A DNA stretch of 51,574 nt, taken from NCBI GenBank assembly GCA_002269645.1, contig NIVC01002710.1, positions 1 to 51,574 of the forward strand, read 5' to 3'. The first letter of the stretch is position 1. Every line of letters begins with the position of its first letter. The position numbers and the translations under genes were made by a program. Below, one piece after another: positions 24,101 to 50,893 of this stretch. This DNA comes from Macrostomum lignano. Its lineage: Eukaryota. The notes beneath the pieces are model-generated. The model was given only the letters and a program-made list of their open reading frames with translations. It had not been told where the DNA came from and ran no database searches.

Positions 24101-25291
24101 AGGCGCAGGATGATTTCCAAATAAGCCGCCGAATCCCCCCGATGTGCCCCAGCAGGTTTCTGCGTCACTTCGGCGACCACTTCGAGCTCTACCGTCGAGC
24201 TGAGGCGCAGCTGGCCGCCGAGATGGATGCCGGCCTCGCCGACAGCCTGCACCGCCTCGCCGCCGACTGCTCCGCCGTTGTCGCCCTGCTGGACCGTCGG
24301 CGGCGACTGGCTGCCAGTTTAGAGGCCGCCAGCGCCCGCCTGCGCCGCGCCCGGCAACCCTCGGAGGAGGCCGACGCCGCCAAAGCCCGGCTGGCCGCCT
24401 TCCACCGCCTCAACGAAGTCACCGACGTCGCCAGGCTGGAGCTGCTGGGCTTCCGGAAGCGCTGGCTGCTGGCGCTGTGCGGCCGTCTGGTGGATACGGG
24501 CGAGATGCGAATCCGCCATGCCAGGGTGAGGCCTCCCAGATCCTCAGTTGCTGGGCAAGCCTCCCAGATCCCCAACTGAGATCCTCAGTTGCTGGGCCAG
24601 CATCCCAGATCCTCAGTTGTTGGGCCAGCCTCCCAGATCCCCAACTGAGATCCTCAGTTGCTGGGCCAGCCTCCCAGATCCTCAGTTACTGGGCCAGCCT
24701 CCCAGATCCTCAGTTGCTGGGCCAGCCTCCCAGATCCCCAACTGAGATCCTCAGTTGCTGGGCCAGCCTCCCAGATCCCCAACTGAGATCCTCAGTTGCT
24801 GGGCCAGCCTCCCAGATCCCCAACTGAGATCCTCAGTTGCTGGGCCAGCCTCCCAGATCCCCAACTGAGATCCTCAGTTGCTGGGCAAGCCTCCCAGATC
24901 CTCAGTTGCTGGGCAGGCCTCCCAGATCCTCAGTTGCTGGGCCAGCCTCCCAGATCCCCAACTGAGATCCTCAGTTGCTGGGCCAGCCTCCCAGATCCCC
25001 AACTGAGATCCTCAGTTGCTGGGCCAGCCTCCCAGATTCCCAACTGAGATCCTCGGTTGCTGGGCCAGCCTCCCAGATCCCCAACTGAGATCCTCAGTTC
25101 CTGGGCAAGCCTCCCAGATCCTCAGCTGCTGGGCCAGCCTCCCAGATCCTGTTCACCCGGGGAGAAAGTTGCCGGTGGCTATCGAGGCTAGACTGTAAGG
25201 TTGAGAGTCTGAGTCAAGATGAATTATTGTGCACTTTCAGAGCCAAGTGCAACTTCTAGAGGAAACAATCGACAAGATGAAGAATGACTGA
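21166..25291 (+). CDS. SNX6: Sorting nexin of the SNX5/SNX6 class (PX-BAR); exons 21166..21605, 21848..21972, 22300..22476, 23724..23811, 24156..24525, 25241..25291 (416 aa)
   Basis: IEILDALSDRGRIHFTV..VIRCHEDF..EDFAGCLVPQAPQAPDF..SEEYGRLKLELE|GEYRHAFKKAIASHEAFL..HPRL; BAR part DEFF, EL..FRKR..L..GE..IRHA; terminal QVQLLEE. GT-AG phases are consistent. The exon 2/3 junction is less certain. Confidence 0.9.
22530..23490. repeat. 20-bp minisatellite (tgttggttgtRgttgtgtct) in SNX intron 3
   Basis: Tandem array seen directly. Confidence 0.97.
23925..24112. repeat. 24-bp minisatellite (ggcgccaatggggaggcgcaggat) in SNX intron 4
   Basis: About 7 copies. Confidence 0.9.
24530..25150. repeat. 41-bp minisatellite with an internal hairpin, SNX intron 5
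   Basis: Unit cctcccagatccccaactgagatcctcagttgctgggccag, plus truncated variants. Confidence 0.93.
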
Positions 25292-25969
25292 CGCTCAGGG
25301 CATCCGGGATCCACTTGTCAGACTGGATGCTTGTCCAGGGCTTGCTAACTATCAGTTTTTTGTATCGGTGTTTTGCGACCCATCTTTGTGTTGCCTTCCG
25401 CTATAAAGTCTATATATAAGTGTTGTCACATCAAAGTGTCTTCAAGCGTCACGTGTCATGACGTCAGCTTAATTCCATTGTGTAAGTTGGGCTACCCGTT
25501 CAATGATATTTCCTTCACTTTATTACAACGAGAAATTAGTCAATCAACTTAAAGCTTCTGCAATATTATTTTATTATTGCATTTCTTCGCGGAACATGCC
25601 TGCCCTCTATTCCCCGAAAATTGTACTATAAAACATCATAGTGCAAAAATAAATTTGTTTTAATTTACATGGTTGTATGCTTTTAGATTAAAATTTTTGT
25701 TTTTAGCATTTTAAAATCTCATTCTAAATGTTGTCTGTCTGCTCGAGCTGATTGAAAGGACCAACGGTTTGTTTACAGTTACAATACAAAGCAAGGTTTT
25801 CTGTTTTACTTGGTGTTTCTATCTAGTCAAATATTATATATTTATGTATTTATTTTGTGAACTTTTTGCAGCTGCTTTTTCTATGATTTTAAATACTCTG
25901 CGATTAGCAGCATTTTTGTAGCAACTTGAAACGGGCAAGAGTCGTGCGGTTTTTCCCTCCAGAGTATGG

Positions 25970-26620
25970 GACCTTGAGGTTTCCCTTCAGAACATGTGAC
26001 CTTGAGATTTCCCTCCAGAGTATGTGCGAGATTTCCCTCTACAGCATGTAACCTTGAGATTTCTTTCCATAGCATGTGACCTTGAGATTTCCCTCCAGAG
26101 TATGTGCGAGATTTCCCTCTGCAGCATGTAACCTTGAGATTTCTTTCCATAGCATGTGACCTTGAGATTTCCCTCCAGAGTATGTGCAAAATTTCCCTCT
26201 AGAACATGTAACCTTGAGATTTCCATCCAGAGCATGTGACCTTGAGATTTCCCTCTAGGGTCGCCATCACAAACCCGAACAGTCACAACTCCGAAAAGCG
26301 CTTTCAATCATAAACCCGAAATATCACAAATTTTATAAGATATCATAAAATTTTCATCATAACTCCGAGAAAGCCAAAATACCGTTGGGCGTTGTTACAA
26401 CTTTCGGAGTTATGATATTTTGGATTTATGATGGAAAACGCTTTTCGAAGTTGTGATTTTTCGGGTTTGTGATGCCCCACTCTCTAGAACATGAACTTAG
26501 GAAATTTCTATTTATAGTATGTGACCTTGAGATTTCCCTCCAAAGCATGTAACCTTGAGAGTTCACTTAATACCTTATGACCTTGAAATTTCCTTCTAGA
26601 GCATGTGACCTTAAACGTCC
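25970..26620. repeat. Degenerate ~28-bp tandem repeat (catgtgaccttgagatttccctccagag) with higher-order units, interrupted by a MITE
   Basis: The array continues on both sides of 26258..26481. Confidence 0.85.
26258..26481. mobile_element. ~224-bp MITE with ~70-bp imperfect TIRs
   Basis: catcacaaacccgaac..acaactccgaaaagcg is inverted at the right end. Apparent ctcta duplication on both flanks. Confidence 0.75.
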
Positions 26621-27159
26621 CACTATCCTACTTTCTCTAGTTCAATGATTCCCGGATAGGTCGAATTGTTTGTTCCGTGTGTCTTCCTAAGATCGCAAAA
26701 TTTATGGTACAAACATTGTTCGTTTGACTCTACCTGTGCTGCAGCAGAGCAGAAAGTCATGCGGTATCAGAAAAAATGTTCTGAGTTCTGCTTTTCATGT
26801 CTGAGGCCCAAAAACATCAGGAATTGACAAGTTCTCTCAGCTGAAAACATTACTGTTTGGCGATTTTAAATGTTGTCTTCTAATTTTACTTTACAAGTTC
26901 TCTCTGCACTTCGTGTGTTTTACCTTCCTCATAGCCATGTTATTAATTGTTTACACTGAAATATATTCGTTTGTTTAACATGGTATATTGTGCAACGAAT
27001 ATTCTCTAACTAAATACTAATATTGCATACTAGTCGTGGGCCCAAGAAACTGGGCACAGAATTGCATGCAGCTTCCTCTTGCTTATTTTGAACTCAACCG
27101 AGCAGTGTGCAGCGAAATCGGCAGCGTCCGCAGAAATGGGTGGGCCAGATGATCTGGAT

Positions 27160-27625
27160 CAGCAATCCATTCTATCCTTGATCAGTGATGTTGGCTAGAT
27201 CAGCAATCCATTCTATCCTTCATCTGTGATGCTGGCTAGATCAGCAATCCATTCTATCCTTCATCTGTGATGCTGGCTAGATCAGCAATCCATTCTATCC
27301 TTCATCTGTGATGCTGGCTAGATTAGCAATCCATTCTATCCTTCATCTGTGATGCTGGCTAGATCAGCAATCCATTCTATCCTTCATCTGTGATGCTGGC
27401 TAGATTAGCAATCCATTCTATCCTTCATCAGTGATGCTGGCTAGATTAGCAATCCATATTCTATCACTTCATCAGTGATGTTGGCTAGATTAGCAATCCA
27501 TTCTATCCTTCATCAGTGATGCTGGCTAGATTAGCAATCCATATTCTATCACTTCATCAGTGATGTTGGCTAGATTAGCAATCCATTCTATCCTTCATCA
27601 GTGATGCTGGCTAGATTAGCAATCC
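27160..27625. repeat. 41-bp minisatellite (tcagcaatccattctatccttcatctgtgatgctggctaga), copy 1
   Basis: About 11 units; duplicated with its right flank at 51165+. Confidence 0.95.
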
Positions 27626-28134
27626 TAAATAATACAGTCTCGATAGAGTTTCATATTTTGCTATTTAAACTTTGTAACCATGGTTACGAATAGAGTTTCG
27701 CTGCGGTTCTGCTACTCACAAGCAATTTTCCCTAATTCCCAGCATCGAAATGTTTGCCCCATCAAGCAGCTGGCAAGCCGTTGGCTACTTCAATATTTGG
27801 ATTTTCCTGGCTGGGAAAATATTCTACAATTGCAAACAGATCAGAGTATTATGTCAGATTGTTCAATGCAAATCATTGAGCAGATTCCAGCCAATCAGCT
27901 GTCAGTCAGCAGATAACGGAAATTCCCTGTCTGTCGGGGGTTTTATGGTCTCTATTTCATGCTTTCGTATTGTCTGTCTAAGGTTGAAATCATTTCATCA
28001 CGTGATTTAGCCGCGACAGACCTCGCGACCGCGGCTGCACCCGTGAGTGCATCTCAGCTCTTGACATTAAGGAACCATGAAACCTTAGTCATGATTATGC
28101 AATCATGAAAATTTGAAACCATTTAACTATGGAA

Positions 28135-29382
28135 GGAATCGTGTAACCATGGAATCATGTAGCCATGGAATCATGTAACCATGGAATCATGTAACCATGG
28201 AATAATGTAGCCATGGAATCATGTAACCATGGAATAATGTAGCCATGGAATCATGTAACCATGGAATAATGTAGCCATGGAATCATGTAACCATGAAATC
28301 ATGTAGCCATGGAATCATGTAACCATGAAATCATGTAACCGTGGAATCATGTAACCATGGAATCATGTAACCATGAAATCATGTAACCGTGGAATCACGT
28401 AACCATGGAATCATGTAACCATGAAATCATGTAGCCATGGAATCATGTAACCATGAAATCATGTAACCGTGGAATCATGTAACCATGGAATCATGTAACC
28501 ATGAAATCATGTAACCGTGGAATCATGTAACCATGGAATCATGTAACCATGAAATCATGTAACCGTGGAATCATGTAACCATGGAATCATGTAACCATGA
28601 AATCATGTAACCGTGGAATCATGTAACCATGAAATCATGTAACCGTGGAATCATGTAACCATGGAATCATGTAACCATGAAATCATGTAACCGTGGAATC
28701 ATGTAACCATGGAATCATGTAACCATGAAATCATGTAACCGTGGAATCATGTAACCATGGAATCATGTAACCGTGGAATCATGTAGCCATGGAATCATGT
28801 AACCGTGGAATCATGTAACCATGAAATCATGTAACCATGGAATCATGTAACCGTGGAATCATGTAACCATGAAATCATGTAACCGTGGAATCATGTAACC
28901 ATGAAATCATGTAACCATGGAATCATGTAACCGTGGAATCATGTAACCATGAAATCATGTAACCATGGAATCATGTAACCGTGGAATCATGTAACCATGA
29001 AATCATGTAACCATGGAATCATGTAACCATGAAATCATGTAGCCATGGAATCATGTAACCATGGAATCATGTAACCATGAAATCATGTAACCGTGGAATC
29101 ATGTAACCATGAAATCATGTAACCATGGAATCATGTAACCGTGGAATCATGTAACCATGAAATCATGTAACCATGGAATCATGTAACCGTGGAATCATGT
29201 AACCATGAAATCATGTAACCATGGAATCATGTAACCATGAAATCATGTAGCCATGGAATCATGTAACCATGAAATCATGTAACCATGGAATCATGTAACC
29301 ATGGAATCATGTAACCGTGGAATCATGTAACCATGGAATCATGTAACCATGGAATCATGTAACCATGGAATCATGTAACCGT
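28135..29382. repeat. 16-bp minisatellite (atcatgtaaccatgga)
   Basis: Long homogeneous array; possibly lies in a 5'UTR intron (donor-like gtgagt near 28046). Confidence 0.97.
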
Positions 29383-29724
29383 GGAAGCAGACTAATCATT
29401 CCCAATGAGTTAAACTGTAATTTTGCCAACAGGATCGAAGTACTCGTTCATAATTTTCTTTTTCGGAATTTGTTCTCGCGAGTTTCATGCCGCAGTGGTG
29501 TGGATTCTGCATCCGACAAGACGTGTTTGTTTTCACAGAAGGACAATTCGTTCGTTCTCTGCCGGGCTGCATAATGATGAGTCAATTTCGACTGCTGACT
29601 TTCGTCCTGCTCGTCAGCTGGGTCGCGACTGGTGCTGGTGAGCAGAGTTGGAAACAATGAACGGACTCAAGTTTGTTTCATGGTAGAACTTTTTCTATTG
29701 AGCACGATGCTCTGGAAGTAATTT

Positions 29725-31775
29725 GAACAGGATCTCACAGGGTGTCACAGGATCGCACAGGATGTCACAGGATCTCACAGGGTGTCACAGGATCGCACAG
29801 GATGTCACAGGATCGCACAGGATGTCACAGGATCGCACAGGATGTCACAGGATCTCACAGGGTGTCACAGGATCGCACAGGATGTCACAGGATCGCACAG
29901 GATGTCACAGGATCTCACAGGGTGTCACAGGATCGCACAGGATGTCACAGGATCTCACAGGGTGTCACAGGATCGCACAGGATGTCACAGGATCGCACAG
30001 GATGTCACAGGATCTCACAGGGTGTCACAGGATCGCACAGGATGTCACGGGATCTCACAGGGTGTCACAGGATCGCACAGGATGTCACAGGATCGCACAG
30101 GATGTCACAGGATCGCACAGGATGTCACAGGATCTCACAGGGTGTCACAGGATCGCACAGGATGTCACAGGATCGCACAGGATGTCACAGGATCGCACAG
30201 GGTGTCACAGGATCGCACAGGATGTCACAGAATGTCACAGGATCACACAGGATCGCACAGGATGTCACAGGATGTCACAGGATCACACAGGATGTCACAG
30301 GATCGCACAGGGTGTCACAGGATCGCACAGGATGTCACGGGATCGCACAGGATGTCACAGGATCGCACAGGGTGTCACAGGATCGCACAGGATGTCACAG
30401 GATCGCACAGGATGTCACAGGATCGCACAGGATGTCACAGGATCGCACAGGATGTCACAGGATCGCACAGGATGTCACAGGATCGCACAGGATCACACAG
30501 GATCGCACAGGATGTCACAGGATGTCACAGGATCACACAGGATCGCACAGGATGTCACAGGATCGCACAGGATGTCACAGGATCGCACAGGATGTCACAG
30601 GATCGCACAGGATGTCACAGGATCGCACAGGATGTCACAGGATGTCACAGGATCACACAGGATCGCACAGGATGTCACAGGATGTCACAGGATCACACAG
30701 GATCGCACAGGATGTCACAGGATCGCACAGGATGTCACAGGATCGCACAGGATGTCACAGGATCTCACAGGGTGTCACAGGATCGCACAGGATGTCACGG
30801 GATCTCACAGGGTGTCACAGGATCGCACAGGATGTCACAGGATCGCACAGGATGTCACAGGATCGCACAGGATGTCACAGGATCTCACAGGGTGTCACAG
30901 GATCGCACAGGATGTCACAGGATCGCACAGGATGTCACAGGATCTCACAGGGTGTCACAGGATCGCACAGGATGTCACAGGATCTCACAGGGTGTCACAG
31001 GATCGCACAGGATGTCACAGGATCGCACAGGATGTCACAGGATCGCACAGGGTGTCACAGGATCGCACAGGATGTCACAGGATGTCACAGGATCACACAG
31101 GATCGCACAGGATGTCACAGGATGTCACAGGATCACACAGGATGTCACAGGATCGCACAGGGTGTCACAGGATCGCACAGGATGTCACGGGATCGCACAG
31201 GATGTCACAGGATCGCACAGGGTGTCACAGGATCGCACAGGATGTCACAGGATCGCACAGGATGTCACAGGATCGCACAGGATGTCACAGGATCGCACAG
31301 GATGTCACAGGATCGCACAGGATGTCACAGGATGTCACAGGATCACACAGGATCGCACAGGATGTCACAGGATGTCACAGGATCACACAGGATCGCACAG
31401 GATGTCACAGGATCGCACAGGATGTCACAGGATCGCACAGGATGTCACAGGATCGCACAGGATGTCACAGGATCGCACAGGATGTCACAGGATCACACAG
31501 GATCGCACAGGATGTCACAGGATGTCACAGGATCACACAGGATCGCACAGGATGTCACAGGATCGCACAGGATGTCACAGGATCGCACAGGATGTCACAG
31601 GATCGCACAGGGTGTCACAGGATCGCACAGGATGTCACAGGATCGCACAGGATGTCACAGGATCGCACAGGATGTCACAGGATCGCACAGGATGTCACAG
31701 GATCGCACAGGATGTCACAGGATCGCACAGGATGTCACAGGATCGCACAGGGTGTCACAGGATCACACAGGATGT
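29725..31775. repeat. 10/20-bp satellite (ggatcgcaca ggatgtcaca) in intron 1 of the AbfB-like gene
   Basis: About 205 decamers. Confidence 0.98.
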
Positions 31776-32569
31776 TACGGCCAAAAGCTGTTGATTAGAA
31801 TTGGTTTGGTATTAAATTACATTAACAATCTAGTAGGTAAATATTGAATATGAAACATGGAGTGCTTTAATAACCCTTAAATTTCATGTTACCCAAGTCA
31901 ACATATTACATATCATCAGTCACATTTTTAAATGTGGAGGAAGCGAAACGAGGGGGTATGCGAAATTTAAGACATGAAGTTTGTAGAATTTAAAACAGAC
32001 CGCTTTGAAAGGTCCATAAACTGAACCGTCGAGTCCCCCCCCACAGGTCAGTCGGGCGAACCTTCTGCAGTGAAGTTCTGGTCTTCGCCTGCGGGCCGCA
32101 CGCCTCGTTCTACTGGGCCCAGACTGGAGCTGATTCAATAGCGATCTCGACAGCTGCCCTGCCTCTCAGGCTGACCGTCATGCCCCCGCTCGATGGCACT
32201 CCAGGCGCTGTCTCCCTGGTCCAAACCGGCTCCGCCACCCGCGTCAACGAGCTCGGGGAGGCGACGCTGGCAGCCGGGAGCGGCGATTTCAATCGCAACG
32301 CCAGCTCCCTGATGCTGGTGGCTGACGAATTCTGTCACCACATCCGGTTGAGCGTCGCTCAGGCTTCCCCAATGCTGACTCTGCGTCATCAGAACTTCAA
32401 TCTTCGAGCCTCGATCTACGATAGATGCCTTGTTCTTGACTGACTCCGCTTTGACGTTGCACTGCGTTAAATGTGAGTTCTGTACCCCTGCTTGTTGATT
32501 GTAGTCTTGGCCGGGAGACTTGCTCGTGAAAAACCAATGCACTGGGTCAGAGGGACAACTTAGAAAATG

Positions 32570-33115
32570 GGAGACACTACCTGAGGAAATAGGAAACACT
32601 ACCTGAGGAAATAGGAAACACTACCTGAGGAAATAGGAAACACTACCTGAGGAAATAGGAAACACTACCTGAGGAAATGGGACACACACCACCTGAGAAA
32701 ATGGGAGACAATACCTGAAGAAATGGGAAACACTATTTGAGGGGATCGGAAACACTAAGGAAATGGGAAACACTACCTGAGGAAATAGGAAACACTACCT
32801 GAGGAAATAGGAAACACTACCTGAGGAAATGGGAAACACTACCTGAGGAAATGGGAAACACTACCTGAGGAAATAGGAAACACTACCTGAGGAAATAGGA
32901 AACACTACCTGAGGAAATAGGAAACACTACCTGAGGAAATGGGAAACACTACCTGTAGAAATGGGACACACCACCTGAGAAAATGGGAGACAATACCTGA
33001 AGAAATGGGAAACACTATTTGAGGGGATCGGAAACACTAAGGAAATGGGAAACACTACCTGAGGAAATGGGAAACACTACTTGAGGGAATGGGAGACACT
33101 ACATGTACCTGAGAG
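32570..33115. repeat. 22-bp minisatellite (ggaaacactacctgaggaaata) with an internal block duplication, AbfB-like intron 2
   Basis: Variant block ..gagacaatacctgaagaaatgggaaacactatttgaggggatcgg.. occurs twice (~32700 and ~32985). Confidence 0.92.
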
Positions 33116-34438
33116 AATGGAAGTCGAAGACGCTTCCAGGTATACACCCCTGAGAGAATGACATGGTAGCTAGATGGACATCGCATTTTTTAATTGCGAC
33201 ATCTCCTGGAATAGGAGAATAAGGATAATGTATCTAATCCCGACAGACGAGCGACAATGTTCTTGGCGGCACAGACTGGCTGTATCCGGTGGTAGCTACT
33301 TATTTTGTCCAGCAGGAAGTTCCTGCCAGTTGGTTGGATCTGAATCTATAGCGCAACACTATTCACGGAGCAAGCCGGAATCAGCGCGGAACTCCAGCCG
33401 CGGTGTCATTCCAATCGGCAACCAACGCCAGCTTCTACCTGTATGTTACGCTTGGTGACAGCCTGAGACTTCTCAAGAACAATGCCAGCTCAGAATTCTC
33501 GGTGGCCGCAACGTTCGTTTGAGCTACGTAGATTCCAATGGCCCTAACTGTCGAAGCTACCGCCTGCTACTGACTGCACCAACGCCTGGCGTGCTGATAT
33601 CCGACAGTGTTGGAAAACTCATGGCAGTTGCGTGGAACGTCAAAGACTATGTTCGCAACGTCAATTTTTCATTTAGTTGCGATTCAGGTAAGATTCTCTG
33701 TGTAGTAGCACTTAGCCTATATAGATGTAGAATTTTGATTATAATGTTGTTTATTTATTACGTGAGCCGAACGACTGAATGAAAGGCATGTAATGTTGGT
33801 AAATCAAGTAAGTTAACCCGAATGTTAAATTTAAATATAACCACATTTGCGGTTAAATTTACATGCATTCAGCTTGTCAGTCAAACTACATTTCTAAAAA
33901 TTAAAGCTGGATAAGGACATACGGATGCCTTCGGTTAAATTATTGTAAACATAATATTTTAGAGACAAAACAGCCCATCTGTGCAATAATCGGGACTGTT
34001 GCTAGATTTAACATTAGATCAAGACTCCTTTAAACGTTTAAAATGTTTGATATAACAAACGCTTATACCACCGATTGAAAATAATAAACTTTAGAGCAGG
34101 ATCTGACAAAATGGCAGCATACTAGATATGTTTTGCTACTTTCTGCGTCAAATAAAATGCTTTCTTTGTTTTGCTCTGTTGAATTTGAATCACTTCTAGC
34201 ACGCCATTTTTTGTAAAGTTTTAAGTTTACTAAGCGGCTATTGCGTGGGTTAAATGTGTCATCGAATCTCTGACTTTTGGTGTTTTAATTCTATTTATCA
34301 GTCTAGCTCAATAAGACAACTAGTGCAAGTTGAGTCAGTCAACTTTTCCAATTTGCTTACAGTCTCGGTCTAATTGCTTGTGTTAAAATTAAAATTTCGC
34401 TGTTTATTAGGCCTAGTGTTTAAAAGTTTGCTTTTGAA

Positions 34439-48666
<14,228 letters not shown>

Positions 48667-48744
48667 GCCCGGCCGGTGCGCTTCATGCAACTCCTTGACT
48701 CGGAACTTTGAAGCTGTGCGCTGACTTACTGCTCACCATCTGTC

Positions 48745-49325
48745 CCACCCATCCCAGTCCCACCCATCCCAGTCTCACCCATCTCAGTCTCACCCATCTC
48801 AGTCTCACCCATCTCAGTCCCACCCATCCCAGTCTCACCCATCTCAGTCTCACCCACCTCAGTCTCACCCATCTCAGTCTCACCCACCTCAGTCTCACCC
48901 ACCTCAGTCTCACCCATCTCAGTCTCACCCACCTCAGTCTCACCCATTTTACCCTCACCATCTCAGTCTCACCCATCTCAGTCTCACCCATGTCACTCTC
49001 ACCCATCTCACTCTCACCCATCTCAGTCTCCCCATGTCACTCTCACCCATCTCAGTCTCCCCATGTCACTCTCACTCATCTCAGTCTCACCCATCTCAGT
49101 CTCACCCATCCCAGTCTCACTCATCTGAATCTCACTCATCTCAGTCTCACCCATCTCAGTCTCACTCATCTCAGTCTAACCCATCTCAATCTCACCCATC
49201 TCAGTCTCACCCATCTCAGTCTAACCCATCTCAGTCTCACTCATCTCACCTTCACCAATATCAGTCTAACCCATCCCAGTCCCACCCATCTCAGTCTCAC
49301 TCATCTCAGTCTCACCCATCTCAGT
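48745..49325. repeat. 15-bp minisatellite (cagtctcacccatct) just 3' of the MCM3 stop
   Basis: Tandem array seen directly. Confidence 0.95.
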
Positions 49326-49579
49326 GTGTCAGAGGCGCTGTGTAACTCACCCCTTGAAGATGTCACACCAGCCTTCAGCAAGCTTTGGATGTCTTCCAAA
49401 GCATCGCAACGAAATTCTAGGCTTTAGGCAGTCCGTTCGCGTGTTACATTTATTGTACCTGGCACCATAATTTGCTGCATTAATGATGCATTTGGGTTTG
49501 TCAATTTATTCTAATTGTTAACTAAGAATGCGCAAAGTTGGTATTGCTAATTTTTAATACTGCAATTTGAGTGTCCGTA

Positions 49580-50893
49580 CGAGGGATACTCCAAAAGTTT
49601 TGCAATTCAACCACTTGCGCAAGTCGCACAATCTTCAAAACCAACTCTCTGTACAATAAACATGTACATAGTCCCCACCTCAATTTTCAAGTGAATTCAT
49701 ACATATACGCCTGCTCAGCCCCCAGTCAAAGTCAGAGACTCCTTAACTGTACAGCTGCAGCCATGGAATTGAATCGTGAGCAGAATCGGCTACTAATTTG
49801 GTACTGCCACAAGCGAAAGCTCACGGCGCTTGAGACTCATGCCGAGCTACTAGCAACATTGGAGGCTCAAGCGCCGTCATATGCTACGGTTACACGCTGG
49901 TACGCGAGTTCCAGGCCGGCAGGACCAGCTTTTCTGACGACCCCCGGCCGGGAGACCTCCGACAGCAGTGACGGAGGAAAACATCGCTGCAGTGCAGGAG
50001 CTGATTCATCAGGATCGCGAATCACCACGGACATGCTAGCTATGAATGTCGGCATTGGATCGGCAGCGGTCGATACGATTCTACACGATCACCTAAGAGT
50101 CAGGAAGCTTTGTGCCCGATGGATACCCCACATCCTGACAGATGCTCAAAAACAGGCCCGCATGGAATTCTGTCAGTTTCTCATCGATCGATATGAGCAC
50201 GGGAGCCATCAGCGCCGCTCTGAGGTCATCACTGGTGATGAGACGTTTCTCTATCATTTTGACGTCGAGACAAAGCGCAGCAGTGCAGAGTGGGTGCCGG
50301 AAGGTGGTCAACGACCCCTGAAAGCAAGGCGGTCCCGGTCCCAGGGCAAGCGGATGTTGCCATCTTCTTCGACTCACAAGGCGTGGTGGCGATGGTGAAG
50401 CTGGAGGGTCAAGCTACAGTCACTGCTCGATGGTACACTGAAGAGTGCTTGCCAGTCGTGATCGACAGCGTGACCCAGAGGGCGCCAAGGACGGGAATGC
50501 GAGGGCGGAAGCTTCACCATGACAACGCCCCCGCCCACACGGCTGCTGCAACTCGAGCGTTCCTGGACCAAGAGGGCATTTCAACGCTACCACACCCGGC
50601 CTACTCACCAGACCTCGCCCCCTGCGACTTCTGGCTCTTTCCAGAAATCAAAAAGTCGCTTAGGGGGCGCAGGGGGGCGCAGGTTTCAGTCCGACGAGGA
50701 GCTGGAGCAGGCGGCGAAGGAGGCGATTGACGGCATCCCAATTGAAGACTTCCAGGGCTTGATGAACAAGTGGCTCGGACGAGCGCACAAGTGTTTGCAG
50801 TTCCGGGGAGCCTACTTTGAAGGATTGTAATAGAAAAGTTTGGCAAAATTAACTTTAAATAGTCGAATTGCAAAACTTTTAGAGTATCCCTCG
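49580..50893 (+). mobile_element. Full-length mariner (D,D34D) transposon, 1314 bp; transposase 49763..50830 frameshifted
   Basis: TA TSD. 29-bp TIRs CGAGGGATACTC(C/T)AAAAGTTTTGCAATTC with one mismatch. Motifs ARWIPHILT, ITGDET, LHHDNAPAH, YSPDLAPCDFWLF, with 34 residues between D2 and D3. The TIR resembles irritans/Hsmar2 types (recall). Confidence 0.95.

Larger units (their letters stand above)
29574..33687 (+). pseudogene. Secreted protein with AbfB/CBM42-like beta-trefoil repeats; frameshifted in this assembly (pseudogene or sequencing error); exons 29574..29637, 32047..32472, 33313..33687, 3' end undefined
   Basis: Exon 1 is a signal peptide (MMSQFRLLTFVLLVSWVATGA) with a phase-1 donor. 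Exons 2-3 contain TVMPPLDGTPGAVSL..DFNRNAS..LVADEF, LTLRHQNFNLRAS..DALFLTDSAL, and AGIS.GTPAAVSFQSATNASFYL..SLRLLKNNASSEFSVAATF, recalled as AbfB-type motifs. About 5 single-base frameshifts are needed. Confidence 0.6.

Noticed and set aside
23896-24155. DGANGEAQ repeats in frame with SNX exon 5
   Set aside because: Splice phases join exon 4 directly to 24156; the repeat is intronic unless the intron is retained.
24530-27625. CRISPR-like appearance of the palindromic 41-bp repeats
   Set aside because: No unique spacers, no cas genes, eukaryotic intronic or intergenic context.
29723-31847. Three ~700-aa ORFs (SQDRTGCHRIAQDVTG...)
   Set aside because: They arise because the 10-bp satellite has no stop codons in any plus frame; it lies inside an intron.
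33690-34000. Candidate final exons of the AbfB-like gene (ACQSNYISKN* or AHLCNNRDCC*)
   Set aside because: The acceptors are weak and cannot be distinguished without transcript data.
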